A stretch of DNA of 63,014 bases, filler included, from Gonapodya sp. JEL0774 (Eukaryota), in assembly GCA_027604505.1 (NCBI GenBank). It is 42 parts of 42 records of this genome, joined end to end, with 100 filler letters (N's around TTAATTAATTAA, not from the genome) between each part and the next. Parts side by side here need not be neighbours in the genome. Positions count along the whole stretch, not along the records: positions 1 to 1,416 come from JADIIX010003187.1; positions 1,517 to 2,931 come from JADIIX010003188.1; positions 3,032 to 4,445 come from JADIIX010003189.1; positions 4,546 to 5,958 come from JADIIX010003190.1; positions 6,059 to 7,471 come from JADIIX010003191.1; positions 7,572 to 8,983 come from JADIIX010003192.1; positions 9,084 to 10,494 come from JADIIX010003193.1; positions 10,595 to 12,005 come from JADIIX010003194.1; 34 more parts are not named here. The stretch is one strand, 5' to 3'. The position numbers and the translations under genes are program-made. This document shows positions 1-12,105 of the stretch, piece by piece (within the stretch, counting starts at the first letter, position 1; the number at the start of each line of letters is the position of its first letter). Below the pieces are notes generated by a model. It worked only from the letters and a program-made list of their open reading frames with translations, was not told the DNA's origin and did not search any database.

Positions 1-245
1 CAGAATACTGAGTGGCCGTCAAAACAATACACAACAGGATATCTCGATCCAGACGTTTCATAGTCGTTTGGAAGGAAAATATGAACTTTGTGGGAGTGGT
101 GGTGAGTTTTCTTGGAAGGATCCGACTCGGGAAGCAAATTCGAACTGGAAAGGAAGAGGCAATCGTAGGTATGGAAAAAGCCCTCTTGACATTCTGGATC
201 TCGATGAAATATCCCGCGCTGGCCTCCCTTTTCGAAAGTTGTCAT
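1..245 (-). CDS. N-terminus of a bacterial-type putative esterase (alpha/beta hydrolase, Esterase PF00756-like); runs off the contig end
   Basis: Manual translation from ATG at 245: MTTFEKGGQRGIFHRDPECQEGFFHTYDCLFL...HKVHIFLPNDYETSGSRYPVVYCFDGHSVF. This fits the 'V.IyLPpdY.....RYPVlY..DG' motif of this family. Not in the ORF track. Confidence 0.75.
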   Translation of the reverse strand, partial: MTTFEKGGQRGIFHRDPECQEGFFHTYDCLFLSSSNLLPESDPSKKTHHHSHKVHIFLPNDYETSGSRYPVVYCFDGHSVF

Positions 246-629
246 TGTGAAGGTTCATTCACGCAAAGACCGGCACAGTCATTACGACAAACAGCATCCT
301 AATGTTCTTCAATGGGAATTTGAACCAGAAAATAAAAGAGACTAGTTAATTCAGTAAGAAGGATATGCAATAGGAGTGGAATCCACTATGCGAAGTCTTT
401 GGTATCACGGCCCTCCCGGATCAGCAGGACAAGGAACCGTCCGCCAAACTCTGCAAGATTCGCAGTGAAGCGACCGTAGCGGTGGTTATGGTGACGAAAC
501 TAGTGAGTGATGAGCCTCTTTTTGTTGCACTGTTCCAACCTATGCACAATAGTCACAAATAAGTAGAACAAGTAGAAAAATAACGAACTTTAGGTAGAGA
601 CAAAAACACACAATTACTTAGAGTGGTCC

Positions 630-1416
630 TCAAATTGCGGCCCCAACCGTAGGGTCTCGGCTTATGACTCTCCCATTCGCCACCATAATACTCCCACACC
701 TATTCCAGCCTTGGTACACCGAATGCCAACCATCTAGTTCCAGTGCAGTTTCTGTCGACCCAAAAATCATTACTTCAATCTTTAAATCAGGATTGACAGT
801 GTCAAGTAGGCCTGTCTGGAAGCTGCAAAATGCAGGCAACAAAAGCTCGGTGTATTGTGGGCTTGGATACTGAACATAAGGTGGCGGAGGTTTGGGAAGA
901 GGATAGAAGAGTGGTCAAGAGCTTGGTGACTTCACTTGGGGAGCAGTGGGGCACTTGGGTGTCACAGCCGGAGATAGTCTGAATTGCAATTTGTAATTTT
1001 CGAATACCGGTGAGAGGTGGCGTTGAACGAGCAGTAACAACTGGTAGAAACAAACAACAAGGTTCACTGTCACCGAAAAGGTTGAGCGCAGGTGTTCCGA
1101 GCTCCTCGAGGTTACATATCTGGTGCTCGGAGCAATTCCAAGTAGAGCGAGTCTCTTCTGTCGTTGAATGTCGGCACGAGGAGTATCTTCACAAGTCTAC
1201 GACGCTCTTTTGGGATATTGGTCATCAACTGAGGCCGTGCCATGTTAAAGTCCTCTGCTAATATCGGTCAGAAGTCTGACCCGCTGAAGCTAGAAACAGC
1301 TCAAGCATTCGGGGAACATCCGAAACCAAACCTCCATTAGCTCTGACTTGTGCGTGGTTCGAGGCACAGTCAAAGCAGTAACAGAGTCCAAATCGAGTCC
1401 TTTCGGGAATACTGGA
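630..1416 (-). pseudogene. Frameshifted, stop-interrupted paralog of the F-box-like protein at 43697-45071
   Basis: Collinear matches in shifting frames: LDSVTALTV vs MDSVVILTV; FSGSDF*PI vs LSGSIFYPI; NLEELGT vs NLEMLGT; PPLTGIRKLQIAI vs PRLTRIQKFRIVI; LFPNLRHL vs FFPNLKFL; DGWHSVYQGW vs DRWPSVLHAW. Confidence 0.7.
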
Positions 1417-1516
1417 NNNNNNNNNNNNNNNNNNNNNNNNNNNNNNNNNNNNNNNNNNNNTTAATTAATTAANNNNNNNNNNNNNNNNNNNNNNNNNNNN
1501 NNNNNNNNNNNNNNNN
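1417..1516. other. Artificial contig-joining spacer N44-TTAATTAATTAA-N44 (first of 41 identical spacers, one every ~1.5 kb)
   Basis: The same 100-nt structure recurs throughout. The palindromic 12-mer gives stops in all six frames. Intervening contig lengths fall monotonically from 1416 to 1390 bp. Confidence 0.98.
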
Positions 1517-2458
1517 TCAACGGTGACCAAAATACGATCGGAAACGCGCTTCACCAAATCCATCGTTCCTGTTTCAATCGCGAAATCGCTCAAGCATGGC
1601 ACATGTTTGGTCGGATAGCCAAATATGTGCGAGTGGACAAGCCAAAACGAACTTCTTTGGGACTCGTGGACAACCGACTCTCAGAGTTGGGCAGTGCGTT
1701 GAAAGATCTGTGGAATTCGGTCCCAGAGAGGGCCCGAATGGAGTTTCGTCCGAGAAAAGATCCTGATGGCACGTTCCCCCTAAGAGAAGTGAGGGAATTC
1801 TCGGGAAACTCTGAGTTCCATTGGCTGTTTCACGCTGCATCTATTCGACTTCATCGGTGCGTCTATTATTTTGATGTATGCTGCGAAGGTTCAACTTTCT
1901 CAAGAAGTGCCTCCACAATCAGCCCCGAGCGCCTCATGCAAGAATTCGTTTGGCCTACTCGGGTTTCATTTGATGTATGCACTTATTCTGTGAGTCCTCG
2001 AGCACCGACGTTTGTTGCTAAGGTTCGTCTGATCTCTGCGGCACCACTAGGCGGAAAGAATAACCGCCATCGTCAGTCGATGGCTTGAGGTGGATCCGAA
2101 TCTACAGTATCTTATGCCCTCCATGCCCTATCCCATTTTCGAGGCAAGTATACGTCTCAAATGTGCCGCTTCGGCAACCCTCCCTCTCCTTCGGCTTATG
2201 ATATTACTTTGGTCGAAATCATTTTCATAGGCTGGCATGATCCACCTTGTGAACGCTCTCGTATCTTCGCTCATACCCTCTGCTTCCTCAACCTCTCCAC
2301 AACTTCCGGCTGGTCCATCTCAGGAACTTCGAACTCGTTCGCGCGCCTTTCTTTTAGTGACCATTCATGCCTTGGACGTTCTTCGAAGGTATTGGGGAAC
2401 AGCCGAGGCGTATTGTGCGGAAATCAAACGAATGGTGGAAGAAAATGGCATTCTGTGA
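1517..2458 (+). CDS. 3' part of an intron-containing gene resembling the C-terminal region of fungal Zn(II)2Cys6-type transcription factors
   Basis: Exonic peptides ...LSELGSALKDLWNSVPE...FHWLFHAASIRLHR and a terminal ...IHALDVLRRYWGTAEAYCAEIKRM* resemble fungal TF middle/C-terminal helices. The DNA-binding domain is not on the contig. Confidence 0.5.
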
Positions 2459-4545
2459 TGGGAGAATGATGCAGGTACATATTTCTTGCATGTGGCCGTG
2501 ATGTCCGCTGCGACAGCCTTTCTTCGGGTTCTTCCAGCATCAGTAAGGAATTATCTCGACAATCTTCGCATTTTCTGTACTGGTTCGAGCTTGGACCCAG
2601 AGGTGATCCCCGCGGAACACGACTGTTGTGCCGGCGCTTTTTTGATACTTTTGGCACTTATTCTATCCATTACCAAAGCCTGTAAATATTGACTAGTCAG
2701 AGTGCAAGTTATAATATAATGCATTTGTACGCTCGACCATCCGCGGAATGGGAGACAAAATATTGCGCAACGCAGCACTTGCTCGTTCTAGTTCTAGTTT
2801 GGGCATTACATAACAATCCTAACAGCAAGTACCAGCTTCACGTCACCAACGATGTACAAACGCGTGCTCAGATGGGTTTTCGAAGTGCAACAATGGGGTG
2901 GACATATCGCTCGGTATACCTGAATACCAAANNNNNNNNNNNNNNNNNNNNNNNNNNNNNNNNNNNNNNNNNNNNTTAATTAATTAANNNNNNNNNNNNN
3001 NNNNNNNNNNNNNNNNNNNNNNNNNNNNNNNTTCGTTCCAGCTCACTTCACTCTGCGGTTCCTGTCTAGCATGCTGTATCAGAACACATTTCGCAGTGAG
3101 TATTTATATGCAATTCGAAGTCTCAAACCGTCTGACAGCCACGACCGGCTTCGTAAGAATTCATAGAGCAAAAGATCACTGCCACTTCTCCACCGGTCTC
3201 AAGAAGTGCCGTTGGTTTGGATTCAAGTGGTCATACTATGGTCTAGAAACAATTATGCTTTACGTGTCCATGGAAGTTGAAGTAGAAGTGCAAACCTCAA
3301 AGATTCAAGCTGCTGTGCCTTTACATTACACAATAATGGAAGTTTATGGTGTGAAACCTGGAATTGCACGGGCTTCATTCATTTTGGGGACATGAATCAC
3401 CTCTGCAAAACACATCGCACAAACTGAATCTCGAAAATGGTTCGCACACTCACGAAACTCAAGCGGATTCGTGTGTAGAGACACAGCAGCAACGTTTACA
3501 TCTATTGATTCCTTGATTCATTCCCTCACAATATGCCCACGGGCACTCTTCATGTCTAAAAGTCTTGAAGTCCCCATGGATAATCCAGGCCGCTCTGGTG
3601 CAGTACTACACAAACGTTTGGGCATACTTCTTCAACCCGGGGCGAGACGGGACGGGAACGTGAGTTGCAATTAGCTGTTCGAGAGAGTTGGGCTGCATTC
3701 TGGGGGCCCAGGTAGATATGAGCTAAGGCGATCAGTGGCACGAATAGATAGGAACAGCTGCTGTACGAGTTCGTGACAAGCTTTGCTAACAAGCACACTG
3801 ATGCTCTTCCCCACCTGGACTCTTTCTTGGCAGGACCACTTACTTTCTTGGTCTTGCCTCCTTTGCATTCTTCGTAGGCACAGGGGTTTACCTTTTGGTG
3901 TTACTGCCGCGGAAGAACGGGGTGACCGTGGATTTGACCAATTTTGAAAGTGGTGAGTGGTCTACCGGCAATGTGGTTCTGGTGGAGCCACGGGGAAAGT
4001 GGACGAGTCGAAGCCGAAGTCCATCACAAACGAGTCTTGAACCACTCTTGGCTGCCCCTCTTGAGAGTGATTCTGGTGGGGCGGTCATGCGAATTGAATC
4101 AGCAACTTGACAGAAACAGAACGTGCTTGTGGTGGGTTGGACAGTTAAACAAAATCAACACGCCTCTCGGGTCTTGCAATCGACATGTATTTTGGAACAT
4201 TGTTGCTTCTTCCCGTTGGCAACCTCTTTCCTCGCCCAACTGCCTTGTTTGAACAGACCCCCGCCTCCTTCGGCATATCCAGCGAGCAAGCATCGCCATG
4301 GTCATCTGGCTCACTATGTGGACGGTGGCTCTGTGGCCGGCACTGGGATTCTCGGCCCCACTAGCACTACTAAGCCAGGCTGCGGGGTTGTCTATGGCTT
4401 TGAGTTTGATATAGTATGGGGGGAGGGGAAGAAAAATCCGGAGTANNNNNNNNNNNNNNNNNNNNNNNNNNNNNNNNNNNNNNNNNNNNTTAATTAATTA
4501 ANNNNNNNNNNNNNNNNNNNNNNNNNNNNNNNNNNNNNNNNNNNN

Positions 4546-5958
4546 ATATGTGCTCCACGACCACCCCCTTGCATTGCAACTGGGGGAGGGCGGTCACCAA
4601 ATTCTCGTGGGCTTGAAAATGGAGGTCCAAGTGGACCGGGACCCCAATGCCCACCACGTCCACCAGGTGGACCCATGGGGTGCATAAGCGGACCACCCGG
4701 CATTCCGCCCGGCATGGGCATAAACCGCGGAGGTCCTCCCATTTGTGGGATGTGACCGTATGGCTGTCCCCGAGGACTATGAAAACGATGGTGCTGTTGT
4801 GGTGCGAAGTCTGGGTTTCCACGAATATTCACAGAGCGGCCAGATTGGTCCCCTATTTTGCGTCATTGAATGTCAAAATCACAACCAAAGGTATTGGCAT
4901 AGGCTCCCTCACCTACCTTGCTGATCCTCTCGAGACCTATTGAACTCATCGCGACGAGTCCCCCTCGTAGAATCCCCGGGCCCCATGTCTGATTCAGCCG
5001 ACTTCTTTTCAGACAACTGAGGAGCTCCATCACGATCAGCGCGCCAAGAGCGGTCACCATACTTCGCCTGACCAGTGTTCGAGGCGTCTCGGCGATCTCG
5101 TTTCAGATCGGCTCCTCCATCCTTGACACCTGAACTCTTGTCATCTCTTAAGGTATCGTCTTTCGCATATTTAGGTCTCGAATCCTCGCCACGGCCGCTA
5201 CCGAAACGACTGGCATCATCTTTACGGTCAACGGTGTCGTGTGGCTCCTGAAACTTGTCATCCTTCAGCATCAGCTCCCTGCTCTCATTACCCTTGGGGA
5301 CTGGATCGTCTCGTATGTTCCTGCGCTGATCGTCTCGCTCACGAGTGTCGGCTATCTCTTCGCGGATCGGATTATCTCTTCTGGAATCAGCTGAGGCGTT
5401 GCGGACGATGCGAACATCGCGGCCTTTGTCAGTATTTGATGCTCCAGTTGATGACACTCTTTCAACTTCAGCTGTTGTGGCTCTCGGTAAGTCTTTAGGT
5501 CGGTTATCACTGAGGTCTGGTACCCTTCTGCCTTCATGAAGGCTGTGTCGACTTGCTGTCGCATTCGAAGGCCCCGCCGGTGATCGCGGTGGTTCCTCTC
5601 GGGTGTCTGGAGGCACATCAGTTCTGCTGCGTGTCGAAACGACTTCTCGGGGGTCTCTCCCGTCAGGTTGCGATGGACGACCATCCCGATTTGCACCTGT
5701 GAGGGGTGCCCTTTCATCACGACCCCGTGATACATCTGGTTTCTTGTCATGGGATAGTTCGACATTTGTCTCTGTGGCTTCTCGCTGATCACGAACACGT
5801 TGACGGTCCCTCTCACGCTCGCGCTCAGCTCGCTCTCTGTCAGTTTCTCCAAGATCAGACCGAGAGGTTATGGATGCGATCGTTCCGCCTTTTTTGTCGT
5901 CATTGCGGATTGAGGGGCGCTGCTCAGGTACTACTGCAGGTGCAGGGTTATTAGAAGG
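4546..5958 (-). CDS. Fragment of a low-complexity Arg/Asp-rich then Pro/Gly/Met-rich protein (possible RNA-processing factor)
   Basis: Long open frame (4909-5616 and upstream) rich in RD/RE, a GT..AG intron near 4860-4915, then a PPRFMPMPGGMPGGP exon. Confidence 0.5.
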
Positions 5959-6058
5959 NNNNNNNNNNNNNNNNNNNNNNNNNNNNNNNNNNNNNNNNNN
6001 NNTTAATTAATTAANNNNNNNNNNNNNNNNNNNNNNNNNNNNNNNNNNNNNNNNNNNN

Positions 6059-7471
6059 GTCAGTCGAACTCACAACATCCAGTGCTTCTCTGCATCCCTC
6101 TTGGCCTTATTGTAAGCATCTTTCCTCTCCGCCCACGCCACCACGTTTGCGTTCTCTTCATCGTTCCTCTTTGCTTCCTGTACGAGTTCTCGCTTGTGTT
6201 CCTCAAGCATCCGCACCAGATCCTCGTGAATAGAAATCGCCTCTCCACGGCGTTGGGCAGAAAGTCGACGCTGTTGTTCTTGGTATACGGTAGCGGCGAG
6301 CCGGGCACGAGCGCCCTCCGAAAGGCGAGCCTAGGTGTGCAGTGGAGATTCGTTTCAGTGCTCCAGCCCATGGTCCCGTTCCTGTAAAGGTGATGCGAGA
6401 TGCAACACCAAACCTTCCCTTACCTTATTCTCTTCCTCCTTGTGAGCTTTCTTTTCTGCCATTTGTTTCTCTTGCTCTCGTGCAAGTTGCATCCGCCTCA
6501 GCTTCTGAGACTCAACTTTCTCCTTTTCGGCAACCAATTCGTTCGCAAGTAATTGCTCGCCTTCATTTGTGAATTTGAAATTCAGCACTGAGGATATATT
6601 CTTGCGTTGTTGCTTGAGTTTAAGTTGGTGGTCACGCTCCTACACAATGTTGAGAGCTTAGAATGGATGCAGACCTCAATATTAACGTGAGACATCGCAA
6701 CATGACAATGCCGTGACAGTGAGAGCGCATTCAAAGAAAGCACTAGGGTTGCTCCTCGTTGACGGGCAGAATTACTGGAATCCCTCCTCTGCATGAAAGA
6801 CGGGAGCACCGATTCTGTCCCCTCTAGTGCTCACCTCCATAACCTGGTACAGTAGGACTTTTGAGTGAAACGTTTTTACCTCATCCTTGGCGTCGTACAT
6901 TATTTTCTTCGCTCTCTCGATATCCTTGGCGCGTTTCTCCTCCTTTTCTTTGGCATGCTCCCTGTCCAGCTTTGCGCGTTCCTCTTCTTCGGCTCGCAGG
7001 CGTTCGGTCCGGGCTTGCAACTTCTGTCGACGGAGACCAGAGATGGTGTTCCCCCATGTTGCGACGCGGGCAAGTGATGCAGCGTGAAGAGTCGTGCGCT
7101 TTTATTGAGGCCGGTCACGGATAAGATGGAGAGTGCATGGGAATACGGATCGGGTCAGCTGGCGAGCCATGAATAGAAGGACTCTAATAATTGATAGAGC
7201 AAACTGACATCTGTCGCGAGAGCCAATCTCTCCTCAGTGGCCCGTGTACTCCCCACAGCTATTTGAACAACTCTCTGCACCTCCTCTGCCGAGAGAACCG
7301 TAGGTTGAGGTCGAGCTCTTGCAGAGGACATACGTAAGTACTTTATGTCTCTGGATCGTACATGGTGACTTACGATCGCCTTCCGGTTCTGAGTGCTGAC
7401 GAATATCTGCTTGATTCCGCTCCGCCCGAACTCGCATCGGGGTGGGATAGATCGAGAGTCGGCTGATGAGG
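6059..7471 (-). CDS. CFAP210: Cilia- and flagella-associated coiled-coil protein, CFAP210/CCDC173-like (trichohyalin-plectin-homology family), partial, with introns
   Basis: TWGNTISGLRRQKLQARTERLRAEEEERAKLD...IERAKKIMYDAKDEVKTFHSKVLLYQVME matches the CFAP210 N-terminal pattern (W.NT..G.R..KL; RAK......D.VK.FHS..L). Long E/K/R coiled-coil exons follow. Confidence 0.75.
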
Positions 7472-7571
7472 NNNNNNNNNNNNNNNNNNNNNNNNNNNNN
7501 NNNNNNNNNNNNNNNTTAATTAATTAANNNNNNNNNNNNNNNNNNNNNNNNNNNNNNNNNNNNNNNNNNNN

Positions 7572-8068
7572 TCAAAGCTTGCCACGTCGACAGTCGCTTC
7601 GAGCGTGACCGAGGTATCCTCGTCGTGTCCTTCGTTGCCGTACATGTCCGAGAACCCGTTCGGCGCGTTTGGGCCCGCGCTGCCCGCCCAATCTACCGCC
7701 ACACGGCGTCCGAGCACGGCTGTGGCGAGTGCAATCCCGTCGGCGGCCCAGGGCGGGCGTTGGGCGACGCCGGCGGTGGGTCGCTGGGACGACCCGGAAG
7801 TGCTAGGAACACCACCTGAAAAAAGCCCACAGTCAGCGAACGGGTACAACGACTTGAACGGGGGGACTTTACAATGGGACTCTGTAGTGCTCACCCGGTT
7901 TTGGTACCCGCGGTAGTGTAAAAGGTCTCCGTCCGAAGGCTCCTGAAACGGCGCAGGGTACACACCGACCAAGTCGCAGGTGGATCCACCATGGCGACGT
8001 CGGCGTGCCCCTGCTTCAGATTATTCGACGGATTACTTGAGTTGGTATTCTGGGATTGAACGAGCATT
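7572..8068 (-). CDS. 5' exons of a hypothetical protein
   Basis: ATG near 8068 (MLVQSQNT...), a GTGAGC donor near 7894, a TTTCAG acceptor near 7817, then an open frame to the contig end. No family recognised. Confidence 0.3.
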
Positions 8069-9240
8069 GAAGATTGTTGACGTCAGTTCAGTATCGGTGT
8101 GGGGCTAATTGCTATGAGATCGGATGTGTGATTTTGGGCTTGGAAGAGCGTGCTAAACGGTCAGGAAGGCAAAGGATGTGATAGTCAGATGATTGTGGGT
8201 GTGTAAGAGAAATGAAGAAGACTGTGAATCAAGGCTAATTGGTCAGGTTCAACCGTGGGTCCAACTATGTCGAGATGCATCCCTAACTTCCCCTTACAAC
8301 ATTCATGCAAGGAGCGCGCAACCGTTTAGGCTACTCACAGCAAGTCGTTGAAGACGAAAGGAGTAAAAGCAACAGGTTCTTATCCAGTTTCGATCGGGGG
8401 GGTGACAATCCCTAAAGGAGGAGCCACGCGAGTCACGTTGGTTAGGAAGACTCCACCGAGCAGTGATGCGCAATTATACGCACTCGTCGAGGACTGTCGA
8501 GTGGCGGAAGGTGTACGGGGAGTTCTTTATAGGAAGCGGAGAGGTGACTCTGGGGAAATCGAGCAAAACGGTCAGGGACGCCAAAGAGCTCTCACAGCAT
8601 CCAGCCAGCTATTGCAGGCAAACCACCGCCATTCTTGGGCAGAAGGCTCGTGCGTCCTTGTCTGACATGCCCTACTCGAGACGCCAAGCCGATTCCAACA
8701 CTCGCGGACTGAGGGCAGACTTCGATCTCGTGACCTTCCGAAAACGTCGAAGCGAAAACTCACCTCGAAACGAAGCGAAATAAAGCTAAAAGCTTTGAGA
8801 GAGCGTGGAAAGTGAAAGACTTCGAGTGCAGTGGTGAAAACGGTTGTGGAATCCAGTGAACGCGTTTTTGCAAGAGTGACCAAGTGGCACAGCCACGCCC
8901 AGGTGCCCCACTTTACCAACTCAGCACCCAATTCAAACAATTCCAGTCATCGCTCTGAAAACGCGGCAGCAAAAATATTGCTCNNNNNNNNNNNNNNNNN
9001 NNNNNNNNNNNNNNNNNNNNNNNNNNNTTAATTAATTAANNNNNNNNNNNNNNNNNNNNNNNNNNNNNNNNNNNNNNNNNNNNCGTTGGATATGCAAGTG
9101 GTTTCTGGGTCCATATTTCGCAGCAGGGATTCGAATTTGATTCACGATGCATCTCGTAACTCCTCTCCTTCTCCACTAAAATAGCGCTCAGCATACTCTC
9201 TCGCAACGCATATCCCTTTCGAAGAGTTGCGGGTTCAGTT

Positions 9241-10494
9241 GTGCTCCGTGGCCCCAAGCTCTCTTCCCTTTGTTGTACGAGGTCTTCTACTCCTCTTCGA
9301 ATCATGTGGACCCCACACCCCCGACTCGCTAGTAGGACCAATAGCCATTCGGAGTCTCACGGCCGCACCTTGTCGTCAGCTGGCGGCACACCGGTTCAAG
9401 TTGGAAACCCTTCAGCAGACGCCGTCGCAACCCCTGCGACCCTCGAAGACGACACAGATACCTCCAGCGTAAACGGAAACTTCGCTGGTCTTGTATCAGC
9501 AACGTCATTGATCCGACGACAAGGTTCCACAGAGGTGTACCGCCCGACATCGCCACCTTCCCTTCGGCGAACTCCCGTCCCTCAGTTCCAAGCTTCGAAT
9601 CTGAGTCGAACAAACAGCACGTCACATCCGTCTATCGTTGCAGCATTGCAGCAACAGGTCTCCTTCGATGAAAGTCACGCTTTATCCCGTCCCGGCTCTC
9701 CAGCTTCTTTGGCCCTGGGCACGGTCCCCGCGCACCCCATTCTTGATCCCATCCTCACCGCTGAAACTGCCTCGTCGTTTATTCAACGAGAGTTCCCAGG
9801 TGTCAGTGCTGTCATTCCGACACTCAACGACTTGCCGGCGGTGGATGCCTATATTGAGTCCTCGCCCACGAATCTCGTCCAGCTGCTCCCCGAGATATTC
9901 GGCAACATTGAGCGCTTTGTTCTTGACTATCCAGACCAATGCTTGGAAACATGGCATAAACTGCGACCTCTCTTGGAGGACTATCGATCCCGCTTGTCGG
10001 CTCTCACCACCGTGGTAGAAGGCCCCGTACCTCGGCCTGCCAGCCCACAGTGCGAAGCTCGACGGAAAACGTGGACTAACGCACATGGCGAGGAGTGGCA
10101 CGATGATTACGGATGGCTCGCCGAGAGGGATAACCCGCAGGTCTTGGCTGCGATCGAGGCCGAGAACAAGTATTCGAGAGACGTCATGGCGCGTACAGAG
10201 CCCCTCCAGAAACTCTTGTACAAGGAGTTTGTTTCAAGGCTGGACGAGACCGAGACTACCCCGCGGGTACAGCTCAACGATGGCTTCTGGTACTACTCCA
10301 AGAAGGTTCCAGGAGCAGAATACAGAGTACATTGTCGTGCTCGAGATCATTCAGGTGAAGGGGAGGAGGTGTACCTCGATGAGAATGCTTTGGCCTACTC
10401 GACCGAGTTCGAGAACGCGGCGTTCTTCAGACTAGGCTTTTTGAGGCACTCTCCGGACGGAAAATATGTTGCAATTGGAGTGGATATGACTGGT
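9241..10494 (+). CDS. Oligopeptidase B / prolyl oligopeptidase family S9A, N-terminal part, with a long low-complexity N-terminal extension
   Basis: HGEEWHDDYGWL...VLAAIEAENKY...LQKLLYKEFVSRL...WYYSKKVPGAEYRVHCR...EEVYLDENAL...SPDGKYVAIGVDMTG is the typical start of oligopeptidase B. Confidence 0.88.
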
Positions 10495-10615
10495 NNNNNN
10501 NNNNNNNNNNNNNNNNNNNNNNNNNNNNNNNNNNNNNNTTAATTAATTAANNNNNNNNNNNNNNNNNNNNNNNNNNNNNNNNNNNNNNNNNNNNTACTAA
10601 CTCTTCGATTATTAG

Positions 10616-10998
10616 TTAACGCCGCAAAGCTCATGAGGGAGGCCTCTGATATTTTGAATACAGTAAGTCGCGTTTGTACTGGCGCTTTGACAATCAAGCG
10701 CTCCCACCTCTCAGCAACACGCCCCTCTCCTCAGCCTGCGGCAATGCAAATCCGATATCTTGAGACTCTCACGGGAATGGCGTCCAAGGCTGGTACCAAG
10801 GTATGTACCATTTTCCCTTCCCTTTCATGCCTTTGGGTGAGTTGACTGCGACACCTTGCGTTCCGTCGTTGGTAGGTCATCTTCATGCCCGCTGCGTCCG
10901 GCTCGGGTGGCATCAGCGGGATCGGGAATTCGATGACCCCAAGTGTGGGTGTCGGCAAGGCGTTTGTGATGGAGGGAATGGGCGACGGGCGCTTGTAG
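10616..10998 (+). CDS. Stomatin/SPFH (band 7) protein, last three exons
   Basis: Spliced peptide NAAKLMREASDILNT|PAAMQIRYLETLTGMASKAGTK|VIFMP...; GTAAGT and GTATGT donors; TAG at 10996-10998. Confidence 0.85.
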
Positions 10999-11159
10999 CT
11001 TTTTTTGACGAGAGATGATGGAGATGATAAGAATTCGTAACATTACAACTTTTGATTTACAACGCGGTTTTCGTTTTAATTATTGCACTTGTAGTGGAGT
11101 GAAGAGTGGTGGAAATATGGGAACTGTGGTCAATCAAATTTTTCTTTCTCTCTATTCCA

Positions 11160-12005
11160 ATGCTCTCCACGCTCAGCACCACCGATACTGATATGATGGA
11201 ACAGGGCTCACCAACAACAAGCTCTCCTGATATGAAGATCCCCGCGTTTGCGCAGACAGCAGACGACGACACACCTCCCACGTCAGGTGACGTCATCACA
11301 GCTGAATCTAGCCAGAACTCAACACATTGCCCGAGCAAGCCAGAGGGCATTCCAGAAACTGCAGTCGAAGGATTTTCGGACAAGAGTCGTCGTGTCTACC
11401 TTGCGGGAACCAAGGGTTTTAAGCGGGATATCCTTCAGAAAGCTTTGAACGACAATTTCGGACCAGTAAAAAAACTCGCCTTTGTATCGACAGGTGCTGG
11501 AGCACTCGTAGACTTTCAAAGCGCAGAGGTGAATCCTCGTGGTGGGATTGGCAAATCGCCCATGTAATCTGATCTAAATCTACACGTCGTGGCGCCGATC
11601 CTTTCCCACTCCTCCAGGACGCCGAAAGGGCTCTGGAATCTGGAGATCTTCCAATGAATGGTAGTCGGGTGTTGCATATTAGAGTGGCGAACAAGGACAG
11701 GAAAGAGAAGCACATTCAAGAAAATGGTATGCTTGCTAATGCATCCCTCCTCGGCCGACAAATTTTCACGAAATCATATTCTTTTATCTTGAGACTCGAG
11801 AATTGTAAGAGAAGTAACCGACTCCTCTCCGAGAATTGAGGTCTACATTTCAGGGGTGTCTCTCACCGCTACCGATGAAGCGGTGGCAAGGGCATTTGCA
11901 GAGCAGCTCAACGTTGCTGTAGTGAAGGTCAATGGTCGAAGCGATTGGGGTTGGGTGCATTTCGCAACCGAGGAAGTGAGTTCGTGCGGATCGACCAGTC
12001 GCCCA
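11160..12005 (+). CDS. RRM-domain RNA-binding protein, 5' part with introns
   Basis: RVYLAG...FGPVKKL...ALVDFQSAE|DAERAL...LHIRVA and a second RRM-like unit RVYISGV...WGWVHFATEE. Confidence 0.7.
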
Positions 12006-12105
12006 NNNNNNNNNNNNNNNNNNNNNNNNNNNNNNNNNNNNNNNNNNNNTTAATTAATTAANNNNNNNNNNNNNNNNNNNNNNNNNNNNNNNNNNNNNNN
12101 NNNNN

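Noticed and set aside
1235..1270. ILAEDFN (minus strand) as a LINE endonuclease GDFN motif
   Set aside because: No other APE motifs are present; the surrounding peptides align better with the F-box-like paralog.
3032..4445. Short Cys-containing ORFs as a transposase or gene
   Set aside because: No consistent frame, splice model or recognisable motif; left unassigned.
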